Shown here one piece after another: positions 28,827 through 39,060 of a stretch of DNA of 64,000 bases. Origin of the DNA: Candidatus Omnitrophota bacterium. GTDB taxonomy: Bacteria > Omnitrophota > Gorgyraeia > Zapsychrales > Zapsychraceae. The position numbers were made by a program, and so were the translations under genes. Each line of letters begins with the position of its first letter. The stretch's first letter is position 1. The notes below the pieces were generated by a model. The model was not told the DNA's origin, made no database searches, and saw only the letters and a program-made list of their open reading frames with translations. The stretch spans positions 9,670-73,669 of the forward strand of contig JADFYJ010000013.1 of assembly GCA_015233115.1 (NCBI GenBank), given 5' to 3'.

Positions 28827-30311
28827 TTATTGCCCCGGTCTATTTTTAAACGACTGAATCATGTCTCCAAAACTGGCGAATTGCCCTAAAGAACCATAAT
28901 AAGCGAGATATAAAAATAATATACTTCTCAGTTTTCCCCATATGGCCCCATAGCGTTTGCTCCGTAAAAGTTTTTTGATTTCCAACCCATGTAATCCGCG
29001 GTAAACAAAATTTCTTAAATACGCGGCAGACCTGAACTCCGAAAGATTTACCAGATACTTATCCTGGCTGGTGACTTTAAGCAGATAATCCCGTTCATCT
29101 TTAATCAAACCTTCGGCAATCGCTTGATCATACATCGGCGATCCTGGATAAGCTGTCGCAAACCACACCTGAAATTGATCCTCGGTCATGCCATACTGTT
29201 CCTGCAAATCATAAAGATATTCCAGGAATTTAAATGTTTCTCTTACCGTAGCCTTATTCTCGCCAAAATGGCCAAAAAGAATATTCGTCCGGCTAATCAT
29301 CCCATGTTTAAGCGTAAGCTCTAAAGCGCGCTTATTATCTTCTAAAGTCACTTCTTTTTTCATCAGTTTCAACATCTTAGGGCTTCCAGATTCCGTCCCA
29401 TATCCGATACGTTTAAAATCCGCTTTTTTCATAGCTATAATCACATCTTCCGTTACCAAACTTGGTTTGCCGCCGCCGCAAGAAAAAGTTAAGCCCAACC
29501 CGGAAGTGCTGAGCGCTTCACACAGAGCAATAAACCATGTTCTATCAACAAAAACCAGTTCATCGTACAAGGACACACCCGTAATATGAAACTGCTCTTT
29601 CAAATATTTTAAATGCCGTAAAATATATTCAATGGAATGATGCCGCCATTTCCGGATCAGCCGAAAACAAAACGTGCAGGAAAAAGGGCAGCCCCGGGTA
29701 AAAATCATAGTGATGATGCGGGGAGACACTTTCCCATCAGCCATCTCTTGCCTGAAAATTTTTGTGGCGTATTGAATATAAAATTCCATGTCTACCAAGT
29801 CATAGGCTGGAAATGAAATCGTGTCGATATTTTCGATATACGCGGACTGTTGTTGAGACGCCTTAAAAACTTTTCCCTGCCGATAGTAAATATTAGGAAC
29901 CAGTTCCCAATTTTTATTCCCGCGCATTTCTTTGAGGAGCTTAATAACTGTTTCTTCCCCTTCTCCCGCGCAAATAAAATCAATCGGCGTATAAGCTTGA
30001 ATAATTTTTAACGCGGAAACCCCTACGGAGCCGCCTAATAACAAGGGAATTTCCGGAAAATTATTTTTAAGAATTTTACTCAAGCGTTCCACTTGATAAT
30101 ACGCGGTGATGATCCCGCTAAAGGTGATTAAATCCGGCTGAAAATTTTTGATTATTTCTAAAAGATTGATTTCACTTTCTGAATAGCGAACTAAATCAAT
30201 CAATTTAATTTCATGCCCGGCATCCCTGAGTGCGGCAGCAATGTACAAAACTCCCAAATTTAAAAAAGCATGGTCATTTTTCGTTTTTAAATTAATCAAA
30301 ATAATTTTCAT
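28827..30311 (-). CDS. Cobalamin-binding radical SAM enzyme (class B rSAM methyltransferase-like)
   Basis: N-terminal B12-binding-like domain followed by the radical SAM cluster motif FTRGCPFSCTFC. Confidence 0.7.
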   Translation of the reverse strand: MKIILINLKTKNDHAFLNLGVLYIAAALRDAGHEIKLIDLVRYSESEINLLEIIKNFQPDLITFSGIITAYYQVERLSKILKNNFPEIPLLLGGSVGVSALKIIQAYTPIDFICAGEGEETVIKLLKEMRGNKNWELVPNIYYRQGKVFKASQQQSAYIENIDTISFPAYDLVDMEFYIQYATKIFRQEMADGKVSPRIITMIFTRGCPFSCTFCFRLIRKWRHHSIEYILRHLKYLKEQFHITGVSLYDELVFVDRTWFIALCEALSTSGLGLTFSCGGGKPSLVTEDVIIAMKKADFKRIGYGTESGSPKMLKLMKKEVTLEDNKRALELTLKHGMISRTNILFGHFGENKATVRETFKFLEYLYDLQEQYGMTEDQFQVWFATAYPGSPMYDQAIAEGLIKDERDYLLKVTSQDKYLVNLSEFRSAAYLRNFVYRGLHGLEIKKLLRSKRYGAIWGKLRSILFLYLAYYGSLGQFASFGDMIQSFKNRPGQ

Positions 30312-30372
30312 TTTTCATCCTTTTTACTGGTCGGAATTCCACCGAGAGTGATCACTTCATACCTGACCCCTT

Positions 30373-32124
30373 TTATCGACATAACGCTTTGACAGTATTT
30401 TTCCAATCTATGAGCCAGTCATTTTTTACTAAAGCAAAACGATCACAAAATTCTTTCCTGGCCATTTGCACTTTTTCTGTGAGCCACCATTGTTTAGGAT
30501 CATGAAAAACTTCCTGAATTTTAAGCGCTGCTGACAAGGGATCTTTGAACAATATACCGGCTGTTCTTAATTTTTCATAATAGGGTTCGGACTCGGGTCT
30601 CATGAGAAACACATTATGATCCCAAAACAAAATACACGGCACATTCATGACCAATGCTTCCAAATATGACGTCGACGGATGATCAATAAATACCATTTTG
30701 CATTTTGATAGTCTATCCGTCAATAAGCCCTCGCGAATAAATTTGATTGGCGGGCACATGTCTTTGATTTTTTCCTCTTCACCCCAGCCCCAGTCAACAC
30801 TGTAACATCTATAGGATAAATTATTTTTAATTTCATCAGGGAGATGGCTGATAAATTGTTGCTTATTGATAAAATATTCTGGCACATCATCCGCGGATAA
30901 CTCAGCATCAAAGCGAAGATAATAACGGGCAGCACCCGTTCCTACCATGATACATTCATCGGATTGCTGTTTATGGATGTCTTTCAGACGGCATAAATAA
31001 GGATTTGTTAAAGATTTAGTATTCGATTGTTTTTTATCCCATCCCCAAGTAAAAAAAATATCTTTTTGTAAAGCAAATTGTTCAAAAAAACAACTATGGG
31101 ACCCGCCAAATCCCCCCCCATGCTGGAATTCCATTAATTGAGCGCCGTTTCGCATTGCTTCAGCCGCAAAAAATTTAAACGGCTCATTATATCCCCACCC
31201 AAACGCTGAACCGACAGCTTTGATATGAGAACCGTTCCTATTTTTTAAAACACATTCCCTATTTGAGCTATAACCCTCTAAATAAACTTTAGGTAAGGCT
31301 TTAGGTATTAATCCAGTAAAATATTGTTCAAAACCACTTGGACGGACAAAATTGATCGAAAAATCTCTCAAGGCCTTATTATAAAGAGATGGGGAAAATG
31401 CTTTTGGGAATATGTTCCTAAAACTTAAAGCCGTTAAACCGGTTTGAATTTTTAACCTTAATTTATCTTTAAAACTCAAATGTTGGGTTTGATTCAACAC
31501 AATTTTTCCCGGAAAAACCTGATCAATACCTCTTAAAATAAAATTACTTAAGTTTAATTTCGAAGACTTTTGCTCTAAATTTTTTTTTGTATTCCATGGC
31601 ACGTCTAAAAGTTTTTTTAATTTATGGGGGAAAAAATGCTGACAAATATCAGTATACAAATTCGCGTTGAAACAATCATCATTATTTAAAAAATAAACAA
31701 AATGAATCGTATCATTTATTTGTAAAAAATCATCTGAAACAGCAACCCCATTAATGAAACCGTCCGGATATTGCGCAAAAGCATTATCCAGTCTTTTATA
31801 TCGATCATAAACAACATGAATAAAAGATAATAACCATGGCCCCAATAAAATCTGCCAATAACGATCAGAAAAATTTACCTGATGAATCTGGTTGAGTTCT
31901 CCCGCTAAAAGCGGCAGAATTTGTTGATAGACCTCATAACAATAATCGGCCGCCTCTTTGATTCTGGTTGTGGGCCTCCAGGGTGTGGGAATAATTTGAC
32001 CATGATGTTCTTCATAATATTTTTTACACGCCGGATCCGTTAAACACCACAAACCTAAAACCAATAGTTTTTGTTGTTTTTCCCACGTAGACAAATGCGG
32101 CGTTATGGCTATAAACGATGACAT
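30373..32124 (-). CDS. Large uncharacterised putative transferase (resembles the LIC12162-type family found beside NulO genes)
   Basis: 583 aa with no GT-A/GT-B motifs. Family resemblance is from memory of that family's typical context and not verifiable here. Confidence 0.35.
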   Translation of the reverse strand: MSSFIAITPHLSTWEKQQKLLVLGLWCLTDPACKKYYEEHHGQIIPTPWRPTTRIKEAADYCYEVYQQILPLLAGELNQIHQVNFSDRYWQILLGPWLLSFIHVVYDRYKRLDNAFAQYPDGFINGVAVSDDFLQINDTIHFVYFLNNDDCFNANLYTDICQHFFPHKLKKLLDVPWNTKKNLEQKSSKLNLSNFILRGIDQVFPGKIVLNQTQHLSFKDKLRLKIQTGLTALSFRNIFPKAFSPSLYNKALRDFSINFVRPSGFEQYFTGLIPKALPKVYLEGYSSNRECVLKNRNGSHIKAVGSAFGWGYNEPFKFFAAEAMRNGAQLMEFQHGGGFGGSHSCFFEQFALQKDIFFTWGWDKKQSNTKSLTNPYLCRLKDIHKQQSDECIMVGTGAARYYLRFDAELSADDVPEYFINKQQFISHLPDEIKNNLSYRCYSVDWGWGEEEKIKDMCPPIKFIREGLLTDRLSKCKMVFIDHPSTSYLEALVMNVPCILFWDHNVFLMRPESEPYYEKLRTAGILFKDPLSAALKIQEVFHDPKQWWLTEKVQMARKEFCDRFALVKNDWLIDWKNTVKALCR

Positions 32125-32136
32125 AATAATCCTTAT

Positions 32137-33075
32137 CTATTTCTGGCTTTTGGCCTGAAAATATATTTCGTTCTGAATATAATAAACCACTTGCTCAACC
32201 TCCGCGGGTGACATTCTGTTCATGCCACGAAAAATCTCCAGGTACTGTTGAAGCTGTTCAATTCGGGAAGCCGCTGGAATCACACTATTAATGGCCGGAT
32301 TCGATAATATGAAATTTAAAGAGAACGGCAATACCTCTTGGGCGGTTAAACCAAAATGCGTCTTAATTTTCTCTAAGTTCTCCAATCGTTCGCGAAATAG
32401 CTCACCTTTAAAAAATTGACTCCGCGCATCCATGGGTTGAAATTTTGTTTCTAAAGTATACCGGCCGGATAATATACCGCTGTTAAGCGGAGACCGGATA
32501 ATGACCATTTTTCCCTGTTCCCGGCTTTTTTTCAAAAATTCATGACACCCCACAAAAAGTAAATTATAAAAAATTTGTAGCGACGTGATGTGTTGATCTT
32601 CCAGGTAATAGCTGTCTTCATCAATAATAGAAATACCAAAATGACGAATTTTCCCTTCCTTCTTCATTTGTTCAGCAAAACTCAAAATTGAGTCATTCAC
32701 GTCTTCCACTTGAGGCTTGGCCAATTGAAAAATATCAATATAATCTGTTCTCATGCGTTTAAGTGATTTTTCCAAACAACCTCGCACATAAGAAATAGAA
32801 AAATCCCGTTTCCCCAAATCAGTGATACCGCATTTAGTGGCCAGGCATATTTTATGCCTGTCCGTCGCAAACGCCACGCCGATAAAATCTTCCGCTAACC
32901 CATATTTATCCGATGTATCAAAAAAGTTAACCCCCTGATCAAACGCGTAACGCAATATACGCACCGCGTCATCTTGCGCCACAGGTTTAGCGCCAGTCCA
33001 TTGCCCATCAATTAAAGTAGGGCCTCCGATCTGTGACGTACCAAAACCTAATTTGTTTATCTGGGCGATTTCCAT
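32137..33075 (-). CDS. Aldo/keto reductase
   Basis: AKR (alpha/beta)8 blocks (..FDTSDKYG.., ..IRHFGIS..). Confidence 0.7.
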   Translation of the reverse strand: MEIAQINKLGFGTSQIGGPTLIDGQWTGAKPVAQDDAVRILRYAFDQGVNFFDTSDKYGLAEDFIGVAFATDRHKICLATKCGITDLGKRDFSISYVRGCLEKSLKRMRTDYIDIFQLAKPQVEDVNDSILSFAEQMKKEGKIRHFGISIIDEDSYYLEDQHITSLQIFYNLLFVGCHEFLKKSREQGKMVIIRSPLNSGILSGRYTLETKFQPMDARSQFFKGELFRERLENLEKIKTHFGLTAQEVLPFSLNFILSNPAINSVIPAASRIEQLQQYLEIFRGMNRMSPAEVEQVVYYIQNEIYFQAKSQK

Positions 33076-33077
33076 GA

Positions 33078-34094
33078 TTACTTAGCGCTATTTTTGTACC
33101 CTAAATTGCAATCCCGGCAAAAAGGGATTTTGTCATGCTGCTTTTGCAGATGGCATTCACGGATATGTTTTGATATTTTTGAATTCCAGCACTCCTCAAT
33201 CGTCGTGTTTTTTAAATTCCCCAAATCGTATTCCTCTTTTTTGTAATGGCGAAAAGTCATACCGCAAGGTATCACATCCCCGTTATAGCGGACGATTAAT
33301 AATTGGAATGCTCTAAAGCAAATAAATTTTTTTAAATCATCTGCGCTTAATTCTTCCTGACTGTTGACGAAATGTTTAAAATCAACCATAGACTGGATAG
33401 AAATCAAATTCACCTTATCCTTCCATAAATTAATAAACGCCTCCCGTTCATGTCCATTGTCCTTTTGAAGAACAAAGCTCACCCGGGTACGAATATAATC
33501 TTTTTTCATTTTCTTTTTTAACTCTAAAAATTTCATCACATTTTTCACCACGAGAGGATAATTGCCCCCTATGCGAATTTTGTCATAAGTTTGTTCGGTG
33601 GCCGCGTCAATAGAAAAATTCATCTTGGTAATGCCATTTTTAATAAGAGCCTCAGAAAGCTCTTCGGTGAGTAAATTGGCATTCGTATGCAGCCAAATAT
33701 CAAACAATCCAGCATCCTGCGCTTCCTTCACCATGTCCGCAATGCGCGGATTGGTCAAAGGTTCACCTTCATGATCCATCATAATGGCCGACATTTGGTG
33801 TTGGCTGGCCTCTTTTAGCAATTTTGTATATATTTCTGGCTCTAAAAAACCTTTTTCATCAAACGTGCCAATCACTTCGCGGGCACACATAGGACATCGT
33901 AAGTTGCAATAATATGAGGATTCCACTTCCACGCAAAGGGGAAAAGGAAAAATATGTCCTTCAGAGGCCATTTTCCAATTTCTCCGGTATTCTTCGTATC
34001 GGGGAAACTGTCGATTCATGATTTTTTCCCAAGAAGGATCAACCGGATATTCACATATTTTATATGATTCATCAAATTGACTGTCTATGCCCAA
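33078..34094 (-). CDS. Radical SAM protein with C-terminal Cys-rich SPASM/twitch-like domain
   Basis: CNLRCPMC cluster motif; the C-terminus has CWNS..C..C..CRDC cysteines. Confidence 0.7.
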   Translation of the reverse strand: MGIDSQFDESYKICEYPVDPSWEKIMNRQFPRYEEYRRNWKMASEGHIFPFPLCVEVESSYYCNLRCPMCAREVIGTFDEKGFLEPEIYTKLLKEASQHQMSAIMMDHEGEPLTNPRIADMVKEAQDAGLFDIWLHTNANLLTEELSEALIKNGITKMNFSIDAATEQTYDKIRIGGNYPLVVKNVMKFLELKKKMKKDYIRTRVSFVLQKDNGHEREAFINLWKDKVNLISIQSMVDFKHFVNSQEELSADDLKKFICFRAFQLLIVRYNGDVIPCGMTFRHYKKEEYDLGNLKNTTIEECWNSKISKHIRECHLQKQHDKIPFCRDCNLGYKNSAK

Positions 34095-34135
34095 GGTGAC
34101 CCCTTTCTGTATATCGTTCCCATTAAATACCCTAA

Positions 34136-35083
34136 TTATAATTTCACGATTTCAAAAGCACTATAACAGGATTTACGTTCCAAACCGATGATGCGATTAG
34201 AAAATAATATATAAAAAATAAATATGACCGGATACCAACACACCATCCAAAAAAACTTCAAAATAGTTCTAACCCCCCTGGGCCATAAATTAAAAAACCG
34301 GATGAGACCCTTTAATAAAGGACGGGTTTGTATATCGTAAATGTTCCACGCTAAAGGGCTTAATCCCCGCTCTTCGCGCAATATCCGCAGTCCCATCCCG
34401 GCAAATAATGCTATCCATTCTTTTTCAGAACGCGCCATTGAACTAATCTCATCATGGCGTCCATTATCCAATTTTTTAAAATATTCAGCCCAAAATCTTG
34501 ATTTCATTTTCCGGCTTAAAACATAACACACAAAAGCCGTTTTCACATACTCACTATAACGGAGTATGAGCATCCGCCCTCCGGGCTTAAGAATCCGGCT
34601 AGCCTCTCTTAACGCGGCATCATGATCTTGCAGCCCATGCGGAGTGTAATAAAAAATTTTTTCCACAGAATGATCGGCTATGGGCAATTGCTCATAAGCT
34701 GCAACCTGCGCCTCTTCCGCAAAACCGATTTCTTTGATCTTCTGAACATGGGACTCTTTGGCATCCACCGCAAGACGGATACGAGGATAATTTAATTTCC
34801 GCTCCGGCCGCACCACATCCGCTTTATGCGTATCAAAAATATCTTTATTTCCCATATCAACCATTAAATACCGGTCAAACCATAAAGGAAAACTTCCCCC
34901 ATGCATAATGTATGTAAACTCGCCATCTCCTGAGCCTAACTCAACAACATCGCCATCCCAATTAAAACTCGTCAACAGACTCGCCGTGAGCGTATCATTG
35001 ACCGCATCAAAAGGTTTTAGATAATAAAGATTCAAATACTGCCACAATCTTTTCATCACAAAAGAATAATTCACTGCACCCAT
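34136..35083 (-). CDS. Class I SAM-dependent methyltransferase with C-terminal hydrophobic segment
   Basis: VVELGSGDGEF motif I and LKPGGRMLI motif. Confidence 0.6.
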   Translation of the reverse strand: MGAVNYSFVMKRLWQYLNLYYLKPFDAVNDTLTASLLTSFNWDGDVVELGSGDGEFTYIMHGGSFPLWFDRYLMVDMGNKDIFDTHKADVVRPERKLNYPRIRLAVDAKESHVQKIKEIGFAEEAQVAAYEQLPIADHSVEKIFYYTPHGLQDHDAALREASRILKPGGRMLILRYSEYVKTAFVCYVLSRKMKSRFWAEYFKKLDNGRHDEISSMARSEKEWIALFAGMGLRILREERGLSPLAWNIYDIQTRPLLKGLIRFFNLWPRGVRTILKFFWMVCWYPVIFIFYILFSNRIIGLERKSCYSAFEIVKL

Positions 35084-35126
35084 ACAAAAATCCTATCGAT
35101 TTCTTATGAAACAAAAATTTAACCAC

Positions 35127-36926
35127 CTATACCTTTTTTAAAATCAAAAAATGATTAAGCCATAACCCTTCCAATCCGCTATTTTCCAAAACATAAATAG
35201 CGTCTTCAGGTGTATTCACGATAGGAAACCCGTGTAAATTAAAACTCGTATTCAATAACGCTCCCCGGCCCGTAATCTTTTCAAACGCTTCCAAAAGAGC
35301 ATACACATCAGGGTTGACTTCCCGGTTTAATATTTGCGGGCGGGCAGACCTATCTGCCGGATGACAAGCAGCCGGCATAGCCGCATGCCCCTCATCAGTC
35401 GTCGCAAAACCAATGGTCATATGCGGACATTTCAATTTTTTGGGATTGAGCAAATAACGATCCGCGCATTTGTCCATAACCACGGGGGCGAAAGGCATCC
35501 AAAAATCACGGCTTTTGATCGCGGCATTTATTTTTTCTTTAGCCTCTAAACGGCTAGGATCAGCAAAAATGGAGCGATTGCCTAACGCCCTCTGCCCAAA
35601 CTCCATACGTCCGGCAGAACGCGCAATAATTTTTCCATCCGCCAATAACTGGGCGATACTTTCCACATCAACACCTTTGCGAACTTCAAAATGGCGTTGA
35701 TCTAGTTTTTTAACGGCCTGCTCTTCGCTTGCAAAATCCGCGTCCGGCCCCAAATAAAGATGCGGCAAATCAGCAACTTGTTTCGCGTCCCATTTTTGGC
35801 CTTTTTCTTGGGCTAGGTCTTCCGCTAAACAAATACCGCTGCTAATGGCCATGGATTCATCGCTTCCTGAGCCGCCAATAAACATTTTTTTGACTTCAGG
35901 TAATTCGGCAATTTTTCCCATTGCTTTAATATTCATCGCGACACCACCAGAGAGCACCACGGTCGAAATACCAAAATCTTTTACCGCATTTTGCACCCAA
36001 GCGGTCAGAAGTTCTTCGACCCAAATTTGCAAGGCCCACGCGATATTGTCAAACCGGACTCCTTCTAATCTGTCTCTAAACCAAAAATAACTATCTGTTG
36101 GTTTGATCTTCCATTTAAATTCATGGCCTTCGACATAAAGCGTTTCACGAAAACAATCTAAAGCCCTTTTAGCATATTTTTCTTTTCCATAAGGCGCCAA
36201 GCCCATTACTTTAAATTCATGCTCATTGGGTTTCATACCTAGTACGAGGGTAATATACCGATAAATGCGTCCTATATTACATTCCGCCGTTTCATAAACC
36301 CGCCGATAGGTTGCTTTATTATCAAAAATTCCAATCGTCGCGTTTAATCCATCACCCATTCCATCAATCGTGAATGCCAAAACCTCCTTATCGCGAAACG
36401 GTGACGAATAATAAGCATAAGCCGCATGGCACCGGTGATGTTCAATTAAATGTACTTTTTCCTCGGGAATAGCCAAATAATCCGCCACAAGTTTAGTGCG
36501 ATCACGGTAAAATTGTTCCATCCGATCTGGTTTTTCAAAATTGGCTTTAAAATATTCACTCGGAAACTGGTCAAAATCGATTTTTTCCGGAAACGTTTCT
36601 ATCAAAGACTTTAATTTTTTTTCTCCCTGGATCAAATAAGGTTTCCATCGGAAACGTTGTTCGTGTAAATAATCTTCGGTAGACCAGGTACTGCGCTTGA
36701 CCAGAATATCATCCAGAGGACTTACATAACTGGCCAGGGCAACACCATCCAAATCCTGGGCGCCGTTTTTCAAATCTTTCAGACAATACTGAATAGCCTT
36801 CTCCGGAAAAGCATCTTCATTTTTCTTACGGGTAAAACGCTCTTCATGAACGGCCTTAGCGACCACCCCGTCAACGAGCAAAGACGCGCTGGAACACAAC
36901 CCCCAATACAAAGACAATATTTTCAT
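35127..36926 (-). CDS. NodU/CmcH-family carbamoyltransferase
   Basis: EHHRCHAAYAYY and GQRALGNRSIFADPS conserved blocks, about 600 aa. Confidence 0.75.
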   Translation of the reverse strand: MKILSLYWGLCSSASLLVDGVVAKAVHEERFTRKKNEDAFPEKAIQYCLKDLKNGAQDLDGVALASYVSPLDDILVKRSTWSTEDYLHEQRFRWKPYLIQGEKKLKSLIETFPEKIDFDQFPSEYFKANFEKPDRMEQFYRDRTKLVADYLAIPEEKVHLIEHHRCHAAYAYYSSPFRDKEVLAFTIDGMGDGLNATIGIFDNKATYRRVYETAECNIGRIYRYITLVLGMKPNEHEFKVMGLAPYGKEKYAKRALDCFRETLYVEGHEFKWKIKPTDSYFWFRDRLEGVRFDNIAWALQIWVEELLTAWVQNAVKDFGISTVVLSGGVAMNIKAMGKIAELPEVKKMFIGGSGSDESMAISSGICLAEDLAQEKGQKWDAKQVADLPHLYLGPDADFASEEQAVKKLDQRHFEVRKGVDVESIAQLLADGKIIARSAGRMEFGQRALGNRSIFADPSRLEAKEKINAAIKSRDFWMPFAPVVMDKCADRYLLNPKKLKCPHMTIGFATTDEGHAAMPAACHPADRSARPQILNREVNPDVYALLEAFEKITGRGALLNTSFNLHGFPIVNTPEDAIYVLENSGLEGLWLNHFLILKKV

Positions 36927-36928
36927 AT

Positions 36929-38008
36929 TTACTCGCCTATTTTCTGTTTCCGATTAATATAATTTTGAATCTGAACCGTGCGGCCATTAACCTCCGCGGT
37001 TTCGTTAATTTCCATTTTTCGCGGATAAAAACATTTTCGGCACGGATCGACGCGCATGAAACCATCTTTTTGAAAATGCATCTGCCTGGTTTCATTGAGT
37101 TTTTCGCCATGCCATATGTCATATATCGATTGAATTTTGGCATCCCCAACAGGCCATTCCACAAAATCATCACTACTACACATACTGGCCCGCCCATCCG
37201 ACGCGACCACGACACGTTGATATAATTGTGGACAATAAAAATTTTCTTCATAAACCACGTCATGATCCTTATGCAAATAATCAATCAAAGGATTAAACGC
37301 TATAAAATCAACATAAGGCGCCAAAGTATTATAAAATTCCGACGGATTAGGCCGGATGGCAGGCCAAACCCCCTGAATTTTTATAACTGGCTTCGTCAAA
37401 CCATTTTCATCCTTATATTGTTTTATTTGTTTCAAGTGCTCCAAGGTGTCAGCAAATTTTAAAGGCTTTCTCACGGCCTCATATTCTGCTCCTACACCAT
37501 CAACCGAAAGCGTCATCCAGTCTAATCCCGCTTCTGTTAACTTTTTAAAATATGCCAGATCAAGGCGAGAACCATTGGTTAAAAAACAAACCTCTTGAAT
37601 ACCTTTAGATTTAGCATAGCGAATAATATCTAACAAATCCGGGTGCAAGGTTGATTCCCCTATCCAGCTGAGCCGCAGTGAAAAAATATGACCTGAAACC
37701 TCGTCGATAATCTTTTTAGCCAAGGAAGTTTCCATAAACTTTTTATTACGTTTCTTCTGAAAATCTTCCGTGCGGGTCGGACACATGGGACACAACAAAT
37801 TACATATGCTGGATAATTCCAAATCCACCAAAAGCGGCCAGTCCCTTACCTCTCCCTTTTGCGGTAACTCATCCCATAAACGCCGATATTCGTGATAATC
37901 AACTTCCCAACCCTTGGACATTTTCACGCGAAACGATTCAATCCTTTCCGTCGTCTCCAGCTCAAAATGTCCTTTGTTTACCGGAACATTTTTTTCTTTC
38001 GTACTCAT
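36929..38008 (-). CDS. Radical SAM protein with C-terminal SPASM-like domain (second copy)
   Basis: CNLLCPMC cluster motif and C-terminal Cys-rich region (..CSSDD..C..C..). Confidence 0.7.
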   Translation of the reverse strand: MSTKEKNVPVNKGHFELETTERIESFRVKMSKGWEVDYHEYRRLWDELPQKGEVRDWPLLVDLELSSICNLLCPMCPTRTEDFQKKRNKKFMETSLAKKIIDEVSGHIFSLRLSWIGESTLHPDLLDIIRYAKSKGIQEVCFLTNGSRLDLAYFKKLTEAGLDWMTLSVDGVGAEYEAVRKPLKFADTLEHLKQIKQYKDENGLTKPVIKIQGVWPAIRPNPSEFYNTLAPYVDFIAFNPLIDYLHKDHDVVYEENFYCPQLYQRVVVASDGRASMCSSDDFVEWPVGDAKIQSIYDIWHGEKLNETRQMHFQKDGFMRVDPCRKCFYPRKMEINETAEVNGRTVQIQNYINRKQKIGE

Positions 38009-38046
38009 TCTGCCTCCCCCAATATCTTAAAAAATTTCATGGTTGG

Positions 38047-39060
38047 TTAGCCTATTGATTGATTAAGCTGCATCTTTTTTACAATTTCAAAATAAGGACG
38101 AAGATCTCCGCCAAAGCTCAACTTAAACCACCCCCGCTGAGGACTATTCACGCCTTCTAAATCAACTTCATGGATCCCCTGTTGACTCATGACAGAAAAA
38201 GCATCCCAAAGAACGGCAGTCCCCGTATGCTCATCGCGTAAAGCCGGATCATTGGCACCAAAAATATAATACGCTCGTTTCGGGTCTATCCCGAAATACG
38301 CCATACTCCCTGGTTCGCCATCTTGTGTATAAGAAATAAACATTTTTCCTAAATCTGCGGCATAGGTGTTTACTAACAAATCCTTCATCTCAGTTAAAAC
38401 ATCATCAGCAACTTTAATATCCTGACGATTCATGGTGCGGGCGTAGAAATCCACAAACCGAGCGGCATCGAATTCTTCGACGGTTTTTACTTTCTTTTGA
38501 ATGGCGTAGCGTATTTCTTGACGTCTGGACTTTGAGGCTTTTAAATAAATGCTGATATCTTCCAATTTTTGAGCTTGCGCAAAATCATGGATATCCACAT
38601 AACTGGTATACCGGACATTTACAGAAAATTTAGGTAATTCTGTACCAAAGTTCACCCATAAAAAAGGACGCACATCAATGATAGTGGGATGTAAAGACAA
38701 CTCAATTTTGTTATAGCGCTTCATGAGTTCATCCGCGGCATAAGTGGCGATCAAAAAACGTTCCGATAATATCTGATCGTGATTCTGCCGATGCATAGGA
38801 GCGCCAAATAAAATTCCGGTATAGATCACATAATCATGCGAACAAAACTCCTGGCCATCCGGTGTCGTCACACACAAAAGCGCGGCCCTAAGTTCGGCCC
38901 GATGATAAATATAATAAGGCTTAAAATTCCCACGCAAAGAACGCAAAAAATCAGAGTATAAAAACATTGTCCCGTTTTCTGAAGCAGCGACAAATATATC
39001 CCACTCTCGATCTAATTGAGTTTCAACCAAACGATATTCGTTAACTTGTTCTCTTTGCAT
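38047..39060 (-). CDS. FemAB-like/GNAT-fold acyl- or aminoacyl-transferase (Acetyltransf_6-like)
   Basis: Size and composition resemble FemAB-family transferases; weak motif support only. Confidence 0.4.
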   Translation of the reverse strand: MQREQVNEYRLVETQLDREWDIFVAASENGTMFLYSDFLRSLRGNFKPYYIYHRAELRAALLCVTTPDGQEFCSHDYVIYTGILFGAPMHRQNHDQILSERFLIATYAADELMKRYNKIELSLHPTIIDVRPFLWVNFGTELPKFSVNVRYTSYVDIHDFAQAQKLEDISIYLKASKSRRQEIRYAIQKKVKTVEEFDAARFVDFYARTMNRQDIKVADDVLTEMKDLLVNTYAADLGKMFISYTQDGEPGSMAYFGIDPKRAYYIFGANDPALRDEHTGTAVLWDAFSVMSQQGIHEVDLEGVNSPQRGWFKLSFGGDLRPYFEIVKKMQLNQSIG

